Positions 28,127-38,891 are shown, numbered from the stretch's first letter. The stretch is 53,331 bases of DNA from Candidatus Methylomirabilis sp. (GCA_041498975.1 JBGQJI010000002.1:1-53331), one strand, 5' to 3'. Numbers and translations: made by a program. The notes: generated by a model not told the origin, from the letters alone.

Positions 28127-29055
28127 CGATTCCTCGGAGACGCTGTCTCCTCCAAGGTGCTCAGGGCGCAGGCCTCCTGCGGCGGGCAGGCCTCGGCTTC
28201 CAGTTGGATCGTGGTGTGGGTGATGCCGAACCGCTCGTTGAGCATCCGGCTGATTCGTTCGAGAAGCTGGTTCCCTTCGCTCACCGGGAGGTCGGCCACT
28301 TGGAGGTGACAGCTCAGGGCATAGACATGGGAACTGAGGCTCCAGACATGGAGATCGTGTGCATCCTTGACTTCCGGCAAGCTGCGGACCGCCCGGAGAA
28401 TACGATCCACATCAACCCCCCGTGGAACCCCTTCCATCAACACATTCAAGGTCTCCGCCAGGATGTCCCAGGATCCGACGAGAATCAGCAGCCCGATGAA
28501 CAGACTGAGGAGCGGATCGACTAGGCTCCAGCCGGTGAGCAAGATGATGATCCCGGCCGCCACGACGCCGAAGGACACAACGGCATCGCCCAGTAAGTGC
28601 CGGTAGGCGCTCCGGATGCTGACATCTCTCGTCCTTCGCTTGAGCGAGAGGGCGAGCGAGAGGTTCATCACGAACCCTATGCCGGCCACCGCGAGCATCA
28701 CGGCAGCCTCCGGGGCTTCGGGATGTCTCAGCCGCTGAATTGCCTCATAAAAGAGCCAGAGGGTAATTCCAACCAGGGCGACTCCGTTGCCCAGCGCGGC
28801 CAGGATGGTGGCCCGGTGGTAACCGAAGGTCTTGCGCCCCGTGGCGGGACGCTCAACCTGCGCGAGCGCGATCCATGAGATGGCCAAGCCGATGACATCG
28901 CTGAAGTTATGCCACGCATCGCCCACCAGCGCGAGACTGCCGGCCGCCAGGCCGGCGACCAGTTCGGCAAGCGCGAACAGGAGGTTGAGGACCATCCCGA
29001 TCTTCAACCGACGATTGACGGAAGCCCCGCTGTCCTGCAGGTTACTTGAATTCAC
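28123..29055 (-). CDS. Cation diffusion facilitator (CzcD/ZitB-like)
   Basis: SLALVGDAWHNFSD, TFGYHR, HLLGD, HDLHVW, HTTIQLE. Confidence 0.92.
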   Translation of the reverse strand: MNSSNLQDSGASVNRRLKIGMVLNLLFALAELVAGLAAGSLALVGDAWHNFSDVIGLAISWIALAQVERPATGRKTFGYHRATILAALGNGVALVGITLWLFYEAIQRLRHPEAPEAAVMLAVAGIGFVMNLSLALSLKRRTRDVSIRSAYRHLLGDAVVSFGVVAAGIIILLTGWSLVDPLLSLFIGLLILVGSWDILAETLNVLMEGVPRGVDVDRILRAVRSLPEVKDAHDLHVWSLSSHVYALSCHLQVADLPVSEGNQLLERISRMLNERFGITHTTIQLEAEACPPQEACALSTLEETASPRNR

Positions 29056-29070
29056 GCCTTCTACCCCATC

Positions 29071-29925
29071 TCACCTCGGCATCACGGGCTCGCCGTCGCC
29101 TGGCAAGGCGAGGTCTCGGACGACCTGGCCCCTGTCCCCCTTGAGGGCCACCAGCTTGCCATTGAGCGAAAGCGCGATCCCCTCGGGATTGCCGATGGTC
29201 ACAACAAAGCCCTTGTGTGCCGACCACTGCGATGTCTCCCCTGCACGCAGCAAGACTTCCTTTCGGGCTGAACCATCCACCGAGAGCGCAAGCCAGGTCG
29301 TCTTCTTCGCCGTCGCTTTCAGCGTATAACGGAATGGTTGCCCCTGGGACTGCTGCACTCCGGGAGCAACCGCCGGCTGCGGCGGGTTCAACCCCTTCGG
29401 CTGCGCCGCATTTAGGGAAGGGGATGCCTGGGGATTTGGCGGACGGACCTCGCTACCTTGCGAGGGCTGCGGAGGGGCCTCCTGAGGCGGTGGAGATTGC
29501 GCCTGGTGACCAGGCGGCGATTCTGGCCGCCGCCCGGAAAAGAGGGAGAGCACGATGAAGATCAGGGGGATCACCGCCACCGCCGTCAGCACATACACGA
29601 GCAGACGTCGGAGCTCGATCCTCGACCCTCTATACGCCGCCGCCTGTGGCGGTGCGCTTGCCCTTCCGGAACTCACCTGCCGACGGAATTGCGTCTCGAC
29701 CTGTTTCGGGTCGAGCCCAAGGGAGGCAGAATACTCCGCAAGAAACCGCAGGATGTAGAGTGGGTCCGGGATCAGGTGAAACTGCTCCTCCTCCATCAAG
29801 CGGACGAAAGAGAGCGAGACCTTGCTGGCGGCCGAGGCCGCCTCGATGGTCAGGCCCTTCGCCGACCTGGCCTCCTGCAAGAGCCGGCCAACTGTGATCG
29901 TCGGGCTGCTTGCGCTGCTAGTCAT
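29071..29925 (-). CDS. rodZ: RodZ-like protein (HTH, TM, DUF4115)
   Basis: N-terminal HTH (GRLLQEAR..KGLTIE), single TM, Pro-rich linker, W...VDG...IGNPEGI.L.LNG. Confidence 0.8.
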   Translation of the reverse strand: MTSSASSPTITVGRLLQEARSAKGLTIEAASAASKVSLSFVRLMEEEQFHLIPDPLYILRFLAEYSASLGLDPKQVETQFRRQVSSGRASAPPQAAAYRGSRIELRRLLVYVLTAVAVIPLIFIVLSLFSGRRPESPPGHQAQSPPPQEAPPQPSQGSEVRPPNPQASPSLNAAQPKGLNPPQPAVAPGVQQSQGQPFRYTLKATAKKTTWLALSVDGSARKEVLLRAGETSQWSAHKGFVVTIGNPEGIALSLNGKLVALKGDRGQVVRDLALPGDGEPVMPR

Positions 29926-30149
29926 TCTACGCTCTTCTTCCCAGAGCTATCGCCGACCGGCATCGAGAACATCGACCCTTCATATCCCCCTGAAGAAAGA
30001 GGGCCCGCCCTGCCCGGCGCCTCACCCCGATTCCCGAAGGGCTATCCACCAGACTGGCCTTGAATGTTCACTGCAGCAAGTGACGCCGCTACGCTACCGC
30101 ACCAACGTGACGGAGGCAACTCGGGCGGGCGCTGATCCGCAGGCGATTT

Positions 30150-31310
30150 TCACGCGTCTTGATCCCCCGCGGCAAGCGGGGGGCGATTAGCGCTTTCGAG
30201 GTACAGGCTGCCTGCGCCTTGTCTGGCTCTGGACAATTGGGTCCGCAACTCACTCCGGCTATTGTCAAGCTGCGTGAGCGATTTCGAGAGCCGGCCCTCC
30301 ACCTCTGCGTCCATCTTCTCCAGGGCGTCACCGATCGTTTTCAAGGCCGAGCTGAGTCTGGCCACGTCGATCTGTGTTGAAAAGCGGAGGACGACCTGGA
30401 GAAGCGAGAGGAGGTATGGGAGCGCCTGGCTGTAGCTCACCAGGACGATCCCTTCCTTGAATGCCTCTACGTGCGCCTCGAGGCAGAGATCAAAAACGGC
30501 ATCGGGCACGACCACGACGCCCAGTTGGATCGTCCGCTCGGGATCGAGGTATTTCGCGGCTTCTCTGACTTTCTTCCTCACCTCGGCCTGGATCGCCTCG
30601 ACGAGCGGTCGGCGGGACGCTGGGTCCTCGGTCTCGGCCAGCTTCTCGAGCGTGGCCATGCTTGGCCACTTGCTATCGATGGGCAACAGCTTATCGTTCG
30701 GGAGGCGGAAGGCAAACTCAACGACCTTGTTATTGAGAGTGAGGTTCGTCTCGCGGAGTTCCGGCGGCAATTGCGCGAGGATCCCCGCAAGGATATTTTC
30801 GCCCGCCATCCCACGGCTCTTCGTGCCCGCGATGACGTGTTCCACTCGTCTCAAGGAGTGCAGGGCCTCGCGCGCCACCGTCTCGCGAACCTCTTCAGCC
30901 GACCTCATCTCCGCCAGGAGCTCGCGGGTCTGGCTGATCTCCTGGCGAAGACTTGCCTGGGCCGACAAGAGATTCGACTGGAGGACCTCCTGCACTTGGC
31001 CCAGCGTCTGCGCGAGCCCACTGCGAGCGCCCGCGGTTGTCTCCACCATCTTCGTTTCCAAGGACTGCAGCCCACGCTCCGTGTCCTGCGCCTGCCCCCG
31101 CAGGCTCTCCTGCTGCCGGGCAATCCCCTGGGTCTCGGCAGCGAGGAGGCTGAGCTTCTCGGTCAGCTCGCCCAGGCTCTTCTGGAACCCCGCCGCAAGC
31201 GCCACGACCAGGCGGTCCTGCCCGCGCCCGCGAACCAGGACGAGGAGTGCCACCATCAGCAGGAGGGTCAGGACTCCGACCGGGATCATCAACCAGGGTG
31301 CAGGCATCAT
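30150..31310 (-). CDS. rmuC: DNA recombination protein RmuC
   Basis: N-terminal TM, coiled coil, RGMAGE..L, LPIDSKWP. Confidence 0.85.
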   Translation of the reverse strand: MMPAPWLMIPVGVLTLLLMVALLVLVRGRGQDRLVVALAAGFQKSLGELTEKLSLLAAETQGIARQQESLRGQAQDTERGLQSLETKMVETTAGARSGLAQTLGQVQEVLQSNLLSAQASLRQEISQTRELLAEMRSAEEVRETVAREALHSLRRVEHVIAGTKSRGMAGENILAGILAQLPPELRETNLTLNNKVVEFAFRLPNDKLLPIDSKWPSMATLEKLAETEDPASRRPLVEAIQAEVRKKVREAAKYLDPERTIQLGVVVVPDAVFDLCLEAHVEAFKEGIVLVSYSQALPYLLSLLQVVLRFSTQIDVARLSSALKTIGDALEKMDAEVEGRLSKSLTQLDNSRSELRTQLSRARQGAGSLYLESANRPPLAAGDQDA

Positions 31311-31350
31311 CGCTTATTCTCGTTTCGAAAAACACTCGTTTCGAAAGAAA

Positions 31351-31379
31351 TTGACAAGCTGCTGGAGGCCGACTAAACT
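31351..31379 (+). promoter_or_regulatory. Sigma70-like promoter
   Basis: TTGACA-17 bp-TAAACT. Confidence 0.65.
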
Positions 31380-31456
31380 ATCCGGCGCATCTCTCCTTTA
31401 ACTCAACAAACACCCTCAACCTGCGGGCTGGCCCGCCAACCGAAAGGAGCCGTGAG

Positions 31457-31768
31457 GTGAACAAGCTGACAGGAATCATCATGACAGGGGCCCTCCTCAC
31501 CATCGCTCTGCCCCACCCCTTCCTCGCTGGGGCAGGAGAGATCGGGGATCGACAGAAGCTCCAGCAGGAGCGAATCGGGGAAGGGATCGAGAGCGGCGCA
31601 CTCAAGCCGAAGGAGGCGATAAAGCTTGAGGCCGAGGAAGGCAAGATCCGGAGGGAGAAGCGCCGCTTCAAGCGTAATGACGGCAAGCTGGGGCCCAAGG
31701 AGAGGGCAAAGCTGAACAAGGATCTCGACAAAGCTTCCAAAGACATCTACAAAGAAAAACACGATTAG
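31457..31768 (+). CDS. Small secreted, highly charged hypothetical protein
   Basis: Signal peptide; internal GxLxPKE repeats; SD-like sequences upstream. Confidence 0.8.
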   Translation: MNKLTGIIMTGALLTIALPHPFLAGAGEIGDRQKLQQERIGEGIESGALKPKEAIKLEAEEGKIRREKRRFKRNDGKLGPKERAKLNKDLDKASKDIYKEKHD

Positions 31769-31816
31769 GGATAACAACCCCCTTCTATCCCTCTCTTAGG
31801 GCCACCAGAAGTTTGT

Positions 31817-31860
31817 GAAGGCCGGGGACGACAGCGTCGGCTGGATTGTCCCCGGCCTTC
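31817..31860. terminator. Strong hairpin between convergent genes
   Basis: 13-bp perfect inverted repeat GAAGGCCGGGGAC/GTCCCCGGCCTTC. Confidence 0.55.
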
Positions 31861-31948
31861 GCTTCCCTCAAGGTACGAAGCAAACCAACTCGCCACCACA
31901 TCATCCACAAGCGTCACCTAGCCTCATGTACGCGCATCCAATGAGGAG

Positions 31949-32542
31949 TCATTTTCCCTTGCCTCCGTTGAACTCACCGATCCACGTCAGGACCTCGTTC
32001 CAGTGGCGAACACGCTGCATGTTGTCCGGTAGTGTCCCCTGATTCCACGGCCGATCGAACAGCAGGACCGGAACGGCCGATTCAGCGACGGCGATGGCCA
32101 CCGTCAGCTCATCCTCGATAAAGAGATCGAGCTGCAGCCTGGAAGCAACCCCCGATTTGTAGCGGCTCACCGGCTCCATCCCATTATGGACAACCGCATT
32201 GAAGTGGCGCAGCAGCCCAACCTGCTCCAGCCATTCCCTGGTCGTGGCCGCATCCCTCGTCGCGCGGCCAGTGACGATGAACAGGCGATGACCCTCCTCG
32301 GCCAGAGATTCCACAGCCTCCCTCGCGCCGGGCAGGAGGGGGCGCGAAGAAAAGAACCCATCTTCGATCAGCTCCGAGAAGAAGCTGTGGGCTTCCCGAC
32401 GAGGGATGTGTGGGAAGCGATCGAAGATCCGCCACGCGGCGCCGGCGAGGTCTATTGTGAGATCAAAGCGCCGGTTAAGGGCCTGAACGTAGTGAGGCAG
32501 CGAATCAGCCAGGACGTCGTCGAGATCGATGCCGATCCTCAT
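31949..32542 (-). CDS. HAD-superfamily 5'(3')-nucleotidase, NT5C-like
   Basis: IGIDLDDVLAD, IVTGR, K...FIED, LFDRPWN; ATGA overlap with the helicase stop. Confidence 0.85.
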   Translation of the reverse strand: MRIGIDLDDVLADSLPHYVQALNRRFDLTIDLAGAAWRIFDRFPHIPRREAHSFFSELIEDGFFSSRPLLPGAREAVESLAEEGHRLFIVTGRATRDAATTREWLEQVGLLRHFNAVVHNGMEPVSRYKSGVASRLQLDLFIEDELTVAIAVAESAVPVLLFDRPWNQGTLPDNMQRVRHWNEVLTWIGEFNGGKGK

Positions 32543-35487
32543 CCCTGATGTTCCCCGGTCCAAGCGGTCGCGGGGCAGATCGTCCTGAAAGCACAAAAGC
32601 CGCAGACCCACTGGCTGGGGGTCGCCTGGAACAGGCCGGCCCGGATCCCGCCCGCCGCGGCCCGGATGCGCTCGGTCGCCTTCTCGAGATCCTTTTCCCG
32701 CTTCTGAGCCTGCCCGACGACCACGCCCCCATGGGTCAGGAAGTGGAGTTCCACCCGATCGGGCAACCGGCCGTTTACTTCCCGGTACGCCAGGGCGTAC
32801 AGGGCGAGTTGCTGGTTCTCCCGGACATCTTTGTCCGCCTCTTTTTGATCCCGGACCAATGACGTCTTGTAATCGATGATCACGACCTCGCCATCCCGTT
32901 CGTCCACCCGATCCAGAAAGCCCGTGACCGTGTCCTGACCGAGCTGGAATCGGAACTTCTTCTCGACGAAAGAAGGCGGTTCCAAGGCATCGGCGAAGGC
33001 GCGGAAATGGGCCAGCGCTTCCCGCCCCTCCTGCAGCCGCCGCTCCTCATGCTCTCGGGAGATGAACCCCTCGTTGACCCAATGGTCTTCAAAGGTGTCG
33101 ATCAATTCCTCGAGCGACATCGTCTGGCCCTGAACCCGGCGACTGTTGTACGCCTGGACGGCCCGGTGCAGTGCGGCGCCATAGATGACCGCCTGATCCC
33201 TCAGGACGGGCACCCGCAGGATGTGGACGTACTTGTATTTCAACGGGCAGGTCAAGTAGTCGTCGATCCTATAGTGAGAGAGGTTGAGAGGGATGTCCGC
33301 CTGGAGGGCGAGATCGGGCTCGATCTCCGGGGGTGGCGCGGCCCTCCCGATGACCGCCTCGGCCACGCCTCGCCAGGGATGTTCCTCTTCTTCTTTCGGC
33401 AGCCCCAGCGCCTCTGCCAGAAGGCGGCTCCGCTTCCATTCCCGCTTCGTCCCGTAATCCCTGGCCCGCGTAAGGAAGAGGTACCCCTTTGCGCGCGTCA
33501 TGCCGACGTAGAACAGGCGCCGCTCCTCCTGCAGGTGGAAGTCGCCGGAAGGCAGCAGGTCTTTGATCAGCTCGTCGGGCAGGGGGATCGTCTCCCTTCG
33601 ATCGATCGAGGGGAACCGTTTGTCTACCAGGCCCGCGAGAAAGACCGCGCCAAACTCCAACCCTTTGGCCTTGTGGAGCGTCAGGACTTGAACAGCCTCC
33701 GCGGCCTCCTCCGCCTCGGCGACCGGGGGATCTTCTCCCGCCTCGATCAACATCGTCAAATAGGGGACAAAGCCGGCCACGCGATCCTGGGGCGCCACCT
33801 CGCCGAACCGCTGAACGACGCCGAAGAACTCGGCCAAGTTCCCCACCCGCTGGTGATCGCGTGGAGAATTCGAGCGGACGAGCCGCTTGCCATAGCCGGG
33901 CCGCTCCATGAGAAACTCATAGAGGATGCGACCTGTCGCCTCGCGGAGGGCTTTCCCGAGGTAACGGTCGAGGTCGGCCAGGAGTGTGGTGGCGGTGGCG
34001 ATCCCTTCGGGCGAGACCCCGGACAGTTCCGGGATCTTCCCGGGCCGCTTCGTTTCCTCGAGCAGCACTTCGTAAAGGCTCCGATGCTTCCGACTTGCAT
34101 AAGCATTGCAGAGCACCAGATCGGCCGCCGGCATCCCGTAGATGTCCGAGCCTGCGAGATGAAAGAGGCTCAGAGAGTCGTGCGGGTCGGCGAGCAGCCG
34201 GAGGAACGAGACAACCAGCCGTATCTCCTCCCTGTCGTACAGACCTCTTGCCCCGCTGAACCTCCACGGAATCCCCTTCATGTTCAGCGCCCGGAGGAAC
34301 GGATCGGCATCGCTGTTCCGGCGGACGAGGATGGCGATGTCGCCAAGCGCACAGTGTTTCGCCTCGATCAGCTCCTCGATCTTCCCGGCAACCCAGTCCG
34401 CCTCCTCCTGATAGGTCTGAAACGCCACACTCTCGAGAGACGGTCCATCGGCATTCTGCGGCCGGAGCCGCTTGTCCACGCCCTCCCGGTATTCCAGACG
34501 ATCCGGATTGTTGTGCTGGATCAGGCGATAGGCCGCATCAAGGATGCCGGGCGTCGAGCGGTAGTTTTCGACGAGGACGACCGTCTCCGTCTCGGGAAAC
34601 TCCTTCCGGAAATTCAGAATATTGCTGATGGAGGCCCCCCGGAACTTGAAAATCGATTGGTCGTCGTCGCCCACCACTGTGACGTTCCGATGCGTGCCGG
34701 CGAGGAGCTTGATGATCTCGAACTGCGCGTAGTTGGTGTCCTGGACCTCATCGACCAGGATATACCGAAACCGCTCTTGCATCTGTCGCAACACAAGCGG
34801 GTGTTCGCGAAACAAGGTGAGGGTCTTTGTCATCAGGTCTCCAAAGTCTAACTTCCCTTCCCTGGCCATCAGCTCCTGGTAGCGCTGATACGTTCCGGCA
34901 ATCTCGGACTCGCGTTTCGCACGCTCCGCGAGGACCCCATCATCAGGAGCGGCGGCGGCCCGCTTCTGGAGTTCTTCCGCAAACCCCGCATACTCCTCTG
35001 GAGTTATATCCTCATCCTTGGCTCGGCTAAACAGTTGCAACAAGGCCTGCACATGCTTCATGGGATTGCCCAGCGGCCGGAAATAGTGGAGCGGAAGATC
35101 GAAGAGGTGTTCCTGAAGGAAGATCACCTGCTCCGCTTCCGTGAGCAGACGGAAGTCCGGGCTCAGCCCAAGGACCAGGGCGTGTTCCCGAAGCACGCGA
35201 TCCCCGAAGGCGTGAAAGGTGGAGATCCAGGTGTCGGTGAACCCATACGGAACCAACAGGTCCACCCGCCGCTCCATCTCCGCAGCCGCCTTCTCGGTGA
35301 AGGTCAGGGCAAGCACCTGTTCAGGCCTCGCCCGCTTGCTGCTCATCAGGTGGGCGATCCGGTGGGTGATGACGGTCGTCTTCCCTGTCCCGGCACCGGC
35401 GATGACGAGCAGGGGGCCATCACCATGGACGATCGCCGCCTGCTGCGCAGCGTTCAACCTCTCGTCGATTGTCGCGTCAACCCCCAT
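32539..35487 (-). CDS. UvrD/PcrA-like SF1 helicase fused to a PD-(D/E)XK nuclease with Fe-S cysteines
   Basis: AGAGTGKT, DEVQD, GDDDQSIF.FRGA, NYRST, HKAKGLEF, EERRLFYVGMTRA; C-terminal YLTCP...LDRVD...IDYKT...CGFCAFRTIC. Confidence 0.92.
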   Translation of the reverse strand: MGVDATIDERLNAAQQAAIVHGDGPLLVIAGAGTGKTTVITHRIAHLMSSKRARPEQVLALTFTEKAAAEMERRVDLLVPYGFTDTWISTFHAFGDRVLREHALVLGLSPDFRLLTEAEQVIFLQEHLFDLPLHYFRPLGNPMKHVQALLQLFSRAKDEDITPEEYAGFAEELQKRAAAAPDDGVLAERAKRESEIAGTYQRYQELMAREGKLDFGDLMTKTLTLFREHPLVLRQMQERFRYILVDEVQDTNYAQFEIIKLLAGTHRNVTVVGDDDQSIFKFRGASISNILNFRKEFPETETVVLVENYRSTPGILDAAYRLIQHNNPDRLEYREGVDKRLRPQNADGPSLESVAFQTYQEEADWVAGKIEELIEAKHCALGDIAILVRRNSDADPFLRALNMKGIPWRFSGARGLYDREEIRLVVSFLRLLADPHDSLSLFHLAGSDIYGMPAADLVLCNAYASRKHRSLYEVLLEETKRPGKIPELSGVSPEGIATATTLLADLDRYLGKALREATGRILYEFLMERPGYGKRLVRSNSPRDHQRVGNLAEFFGVVQRFGEVAPQDRVAGFVPYLTMLIEAGEDPPVAEAEEAAEAVQVLTLHKAKGLEFGAVFLAGLVDKRFPSIDRRETIPLPDELIKDLLPSGDFHLQEERRLFYVGMTRAKGYLFLTRARDYGTKREWKRSRLLAEALGLPKEEEEHPWRGVAEAVIGRAAPPPEIEPDLALQADIPLNLSHYRIDDYLTCPLKYKYVHILRVPVLRDQAVIYGAALHRAVQAYNSRRVQGQTMSLEELIDTFEDHWVNEGFISREHEERRLQEGREALAHFRAFADALEPPSFVEKKFRFQLGQDTVTGFLDRVDERDGEVVIIDYKTSLVRDQKEADKDVRENQQLALYALAYREVNGRLPDRVELHFLTHGGVVVGQAQKREKDLEKATERIRAAAGGIRAGLFQATPSQWVCGFCAFRTICPATAWTGEHQG

Positions 35488-36040
35488 ATCACAACTATGG
35501 CTCGTTCCGACATCCCTCTCCACCCAGACGAACAGCTCGCCAGGACCAAATTTTGACTCATCATAACACGTTTCACTATCGCTGACCACGGATTGGTTCC
35601 CACCGGCATCGTGAAGGCGTTAAGAAATCACACGTGGGAGTTTACCAAGCGCAGTTCGGTCGGGGATGAGAATGAGGGTAGTATCGTCGCTTACCAGCCC
35701 GAAAAGACAAAGGATGCGATCCAGGCCCCTTCCTCATGTGAGACTGCTGTCATATCGCCATTGGCGCCAAAACACCTTGGTAAACCCAGTGATGATCGCC
35801 CACTCCAACTCGCCTAGGGTTCCCTGGGGCAGCTTGCCTTCCCCCTAAGCTCCGCTACACCTTCAACTGCAGCTTCCCCACCCGAGCGCCCTAAAGAGGG
35901 TCCTCTCATTGCGGCAACTTGATCAGTCACTTCGAGCGTCACTTGGGCATCGGCAAGTTCTACGCGAACGTTACTTCACGACCACAGTCTGGTCCCCCAT
36001 CTGAACCGGATCAGGCGACCGGCACCCCCGACTGCCCAGT

Positions 36041-36730
36041 TCACGCTTGACGGAGAAGCGGGTCGGGAATGCCGGCGTTGGCGAATCCCTTTTCACGCAG
36101 GATGCAGCTATCACAGGCGCCGCAAGGCCGTCCGTCGGGTGCCGGGTCATAGCAGCTCCAGGTGAGGGAGAAATCGACGCCGAGCGCGAGGCCGCGCTGT
36201 ATGATCTGGGCTTTTGTCAAGTGGATGAGGGGGGCGTGAATGGTGAGTTTCGATCGGCCTTCGACGCCGGCTTTCGTCGCCAGATTCGCCATCCGCTCAT
36301 ACGCCGCAATGTATTCGGGCCGGCAGTCCGGGTAGCCGCTGTAGTCGATGGCGTTAACGCCGAGGAAAATGGCCTCCGAGCCGAGCACTTCTGCCCAGGC
36401 GAGGGCATGGGATAGAAAGATGGTGTTGCGGGCGGGAACGTAGGTGACAGGGATGCCGGAGCCGATTTCCTCGATGCCACGGCCCTTCGGCACCGAGATG
36501 TGATCGGTCAGGGCCGAGCCGCCGATCTGACGAAGGTCGAGATCGAGGACCAGGTGCCGCTTCGCACTCAGGGCGCCTGCGACGCGCTTCGCGCTCTCCA
36601 GCTCGCGGACGTGGCGCTGGCCGTAGCGGAAGGTCAAAGCATGTAGCTCATATCCCTCGGCCCGGGCCACCGCGGCGGCCGTCGCTGAATCGATGCCGCC
36701 GCTCAGGAGAACGACGGCCCGTTTGCTCAC
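36041..36730 (-). CDS. queC: 7-cyano-7-deazaguanine synthase
   Basis: SGGIDS, YGQRH, TYVPARN, SGYPDCR, TWSCY, CGACDSC. Confidence 0.97.
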   Translation of the reverse strand: MSKRAVVLLSGGIDSATAAAVARAEGYELHALTFRYGQRHVRELESAKRVAGALSAKRHLVLDLDLRQIGGSALTDHISVPKGRGIEEIGSGIPVTYVPARNTIFLSHALAWAEVLGSEAIFLGVNAIDYSGYPDCRPEYIAAYERMANLATKAGVEGRSKLTIHAPLIHLTKAQIIQRGLALGVDFSLTWSCYDPAPDGRPCGACDSCILREKGFANAGIPDPLLRQA

Positions 36731-37371
36731 TACACGCCCCGCTGATCTGGATCCCAGAGGTATTTGTGAAGCTGGATCTGGAGCCGGGCCTGGAGCCGGT
36801 CGGCCAAAATCCACTCAGCAACCTCCCTGGGGTGTAGCTCGCCGAACACCGGGGAGAAGAGGACCTGAACCTTTTCGGCGAGAGCGTGCTCTGCCATCAT
36901 CCGCTTGGCCCACTCATAGTCCCGGCGATCCGCCACGACGAATTTGACCTGATCTTTCCGGTCCAGATGCCGAAGGTTGTTAAGGTTGTTGCGGTGCTCC
37001 ATCCCGCTTCCAGGGGCCTTGAGGTCGAGGATCTTGACCACTCTGGGATCGAGGCGACCGACATCGAGGCTACCGCCCGTTTCGATCAGGACCTCGTATC
37101 CCTCCAGAAGCAGCCGATCGATCAGGGGATGCACCTCTTCCTGCAGAAGCGGCTCACCTCCCGTGATCTCGACCAGCGGGCACTTATAGTCTCGCACCCG
37201 TTCCAGAACCTGTTCGATCGTGAGCCCCTCGCCCTCATAGAACGCGTATTCTGTGTCGCACCAGCGACAGCGAAGGTTGCAGGCCGTCAGGCGGACGAAG
37301 ACACACGGCCGGCCGGTATAGGTCGATTCCCCCTGAATGCTATAGAAGATCTCGTTGACGCGAAGGCTCAT
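36730..37371 (-). CDS. queE: 7-carboxy-7-deazaguanine synthase (radical SAM)
   Basis: [28 protein letters not shown]. Confidence 0.95.
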   Translation of the reverse strand: MSLRVNEIFYSIQGESTYTGRPCVFVRLTACNLRCRWCDTEYAFYEGEGLTIEQVLERVRDYKCPLVEITGGEPLLQEEVHPLIDRLLLEGYEVLIETGGSLDVGRLDPRVVKILDLKAPGSGMEHRNNLNNLRHLDRKDQVKFVVADRRDYEWAKRMMAEHALAEKVQVLFSPVFGELHPREVAEWILADRLQARLQIQLHKYLWDPDQRGV

Positions 37372-37449
37372 AACTGTCCGTCCAGATGGGCTCTTCTATC
37401 ACGCGGCCCCGATGGTGTCAAGGCCACCCCGTCCAGGGCTCCAGGGACG

Positions 37450-38778
37450 TCATGACGGCAGGAGGGTCTTGTCACGCTCCGTGCGGGCGAAGGCTATGTA
37501 GGCCACCGGGCCTGTGAGCGCGGCGACTAGTCCGACGAAGATGTTGACGAGGCCGCTGGTCAGCATGGCGAGCACGGCCAGGAAGCTCGGGACAGCGACC
37601 ACGAGGAGCGCCCCCGCCCTCCCCCCGGGCACCCGCCAGGGACGGGCGAGACTGGGCTCCCGGAGCCGGATCGCGAGGAACGCCGCCATCTGAACCAGCA
37701 GCGTCAAGGAGTAGAGCCACACGTCCAGGACCACGAGCTTGGTAAACGGCAGCAGGGCCAGCGCGCTGCACACCGCGCTCGAAGCCGCGATAGCCACCCA
37801 CGGCGTGCTGTAGCGGGTGTGCAGCACCCCAAACACCCTGGGCAACAGGTGATCCCGACCAAGGACAAACGGCAGGCGCGAGTTGGTCAGGAGATTCGAG
37901 AGGAAAAGGCCTGCAGCGCTCAGGAGCGCGGCGAGGGTGATCCAGCCAGCGAGCCAGGGACCGCCGACCCGCCCTCCCACCTCCGCGAGCGACCCGGATC
38001 TCCAGCTTGTGAGACGGGGGTCCGCGCCGAGCCCGACCGCCACCGGGATGAGGTAGGCCAGAATGACGAACGGGAACGAGAGCCACAGCGCGAGGCGGTA
38101 ATTGGACTCGGGCTTCTGTGTTTCCCCAAGGCAGGTGGTGGGGTTGCCCCAGCCCGAGTAGTTCCACATCATCACGGCAAGCCCCACCCCGAGCCCTTCC
38201 GCCAGACCTTTCCCCTCGACGCCGAAGGGGAGGACAGTCAGCTCACCTAGGTGTCTCATTCCAGCGACCGCCATGCCAAACACCGGGGAAAAAGCCAGCG
38301 CTCCTAGGAGAACCGCGCTCCACCCCACCAGTCGGACGCCCCGGATGTTGAGAATCGTCAGACCCCAGATGAAGGCCAGCGCCAGGGACCACCGAGCGAG
38401 CGGGCTGGGGTTCGGAAGCCAGTGGCTCAGGTACTGGACGAAGAGGACAGGATACAGCGCCATGTCCGTGAAGCCTCCGAGCAGGCTCCACCAACCGATC
38501 TGAAATGCCCACCACGGCCCAAAGGCCCGCTTCACCCAAAAGACATACCCCCCCTCGAGCGGAAGCGCCGAGCTGAGCTCGGCCATGACGGCGGCCACCG
38601 GGAGGCTCCAGACAAGTGGAGTGAGGAGGAGAAGCAGGAGGGTGAGACCGGGGCCGAAGGAGGGGACCGCATCCTCGATCCCGTAAGGGCCGCCACTCAC
38701 ACTGAAGAAGATGACAGCGATCAGCGGCAGGAGGCCGAGCTCCCGCTTGAGATGAGGACCGGGCGAGGGTGTGCTCAC
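37450..38778 (-). CDS. APC family amino acid/polyamine permease
   Basis: SGGPYGIE, AELSSALP.EGG, WNYSGW; about 12 TM segments. Confidence 0.88.
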   Translation of the reverse strand: MSTPSPGPHLKRELGLLPLIAVIFFSVSGGPYGIEDAVPSFGPGLTLLLLLLTPLVWSLPVAAVMAELSSALPLEGGYVFWVKRAFGPWWAFQIGWWSLLGGFTDMALYPVLFVQYLSHWLPNPSPLARWSLALAFIWGLTILNIRGVRLVGWSAVLLGALAFSPVFGMAVAGMRHLGELTVLPFGVEGKGLAEGLGVGLAVMMWNYSGWGNPTTCLGETQKPESNYRLALWLSFPFVILAYLIPVAVGLGADPRLTSWRSGSLAEVGGRVGGPWLAGWITLAALLSAAGLFLSNLLTNSRLPFVLGRDHLLPRVFGVLHTRYSTPWVAIAASSAVCSALALLPFTKLVVLDVWLYSLTLLVQMAAFLAIRLREPSLARPWRVPGGRAGALLVVAVPSFLAVLAMLTSGLVNIFVGLVAALTGPVAYIAFARTERDKTLLPS

Positions 38779-38891
38779 GTTGCCCCCGCCCTTCGAGCCG
38801 CCTGACCCCTGCGCAGCCTTACGGAGGCATCGTTAGCGGCAGCCAACTCTGGAAACCCTTGAGCCATCCTTCTGCCGTCCCACACGCGAAC

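Noticed and set aside
33007..34851. Long antisense ORFs (this one, and e.g. 20665-22422, 19779-21125, 3346-4581, 40491-41870)
   Set aside because: Shadows of well-supported genes on the opposite strand in GC-rich DNA; no recognisable motifs
36041..37371. queC/queE as a 7-deazaguanine DNA-modification (dpd) or Qat defence system
   Set aside because: Canonical-length housekeeping pair with no dpdA, TatD or ATPase partners nearby
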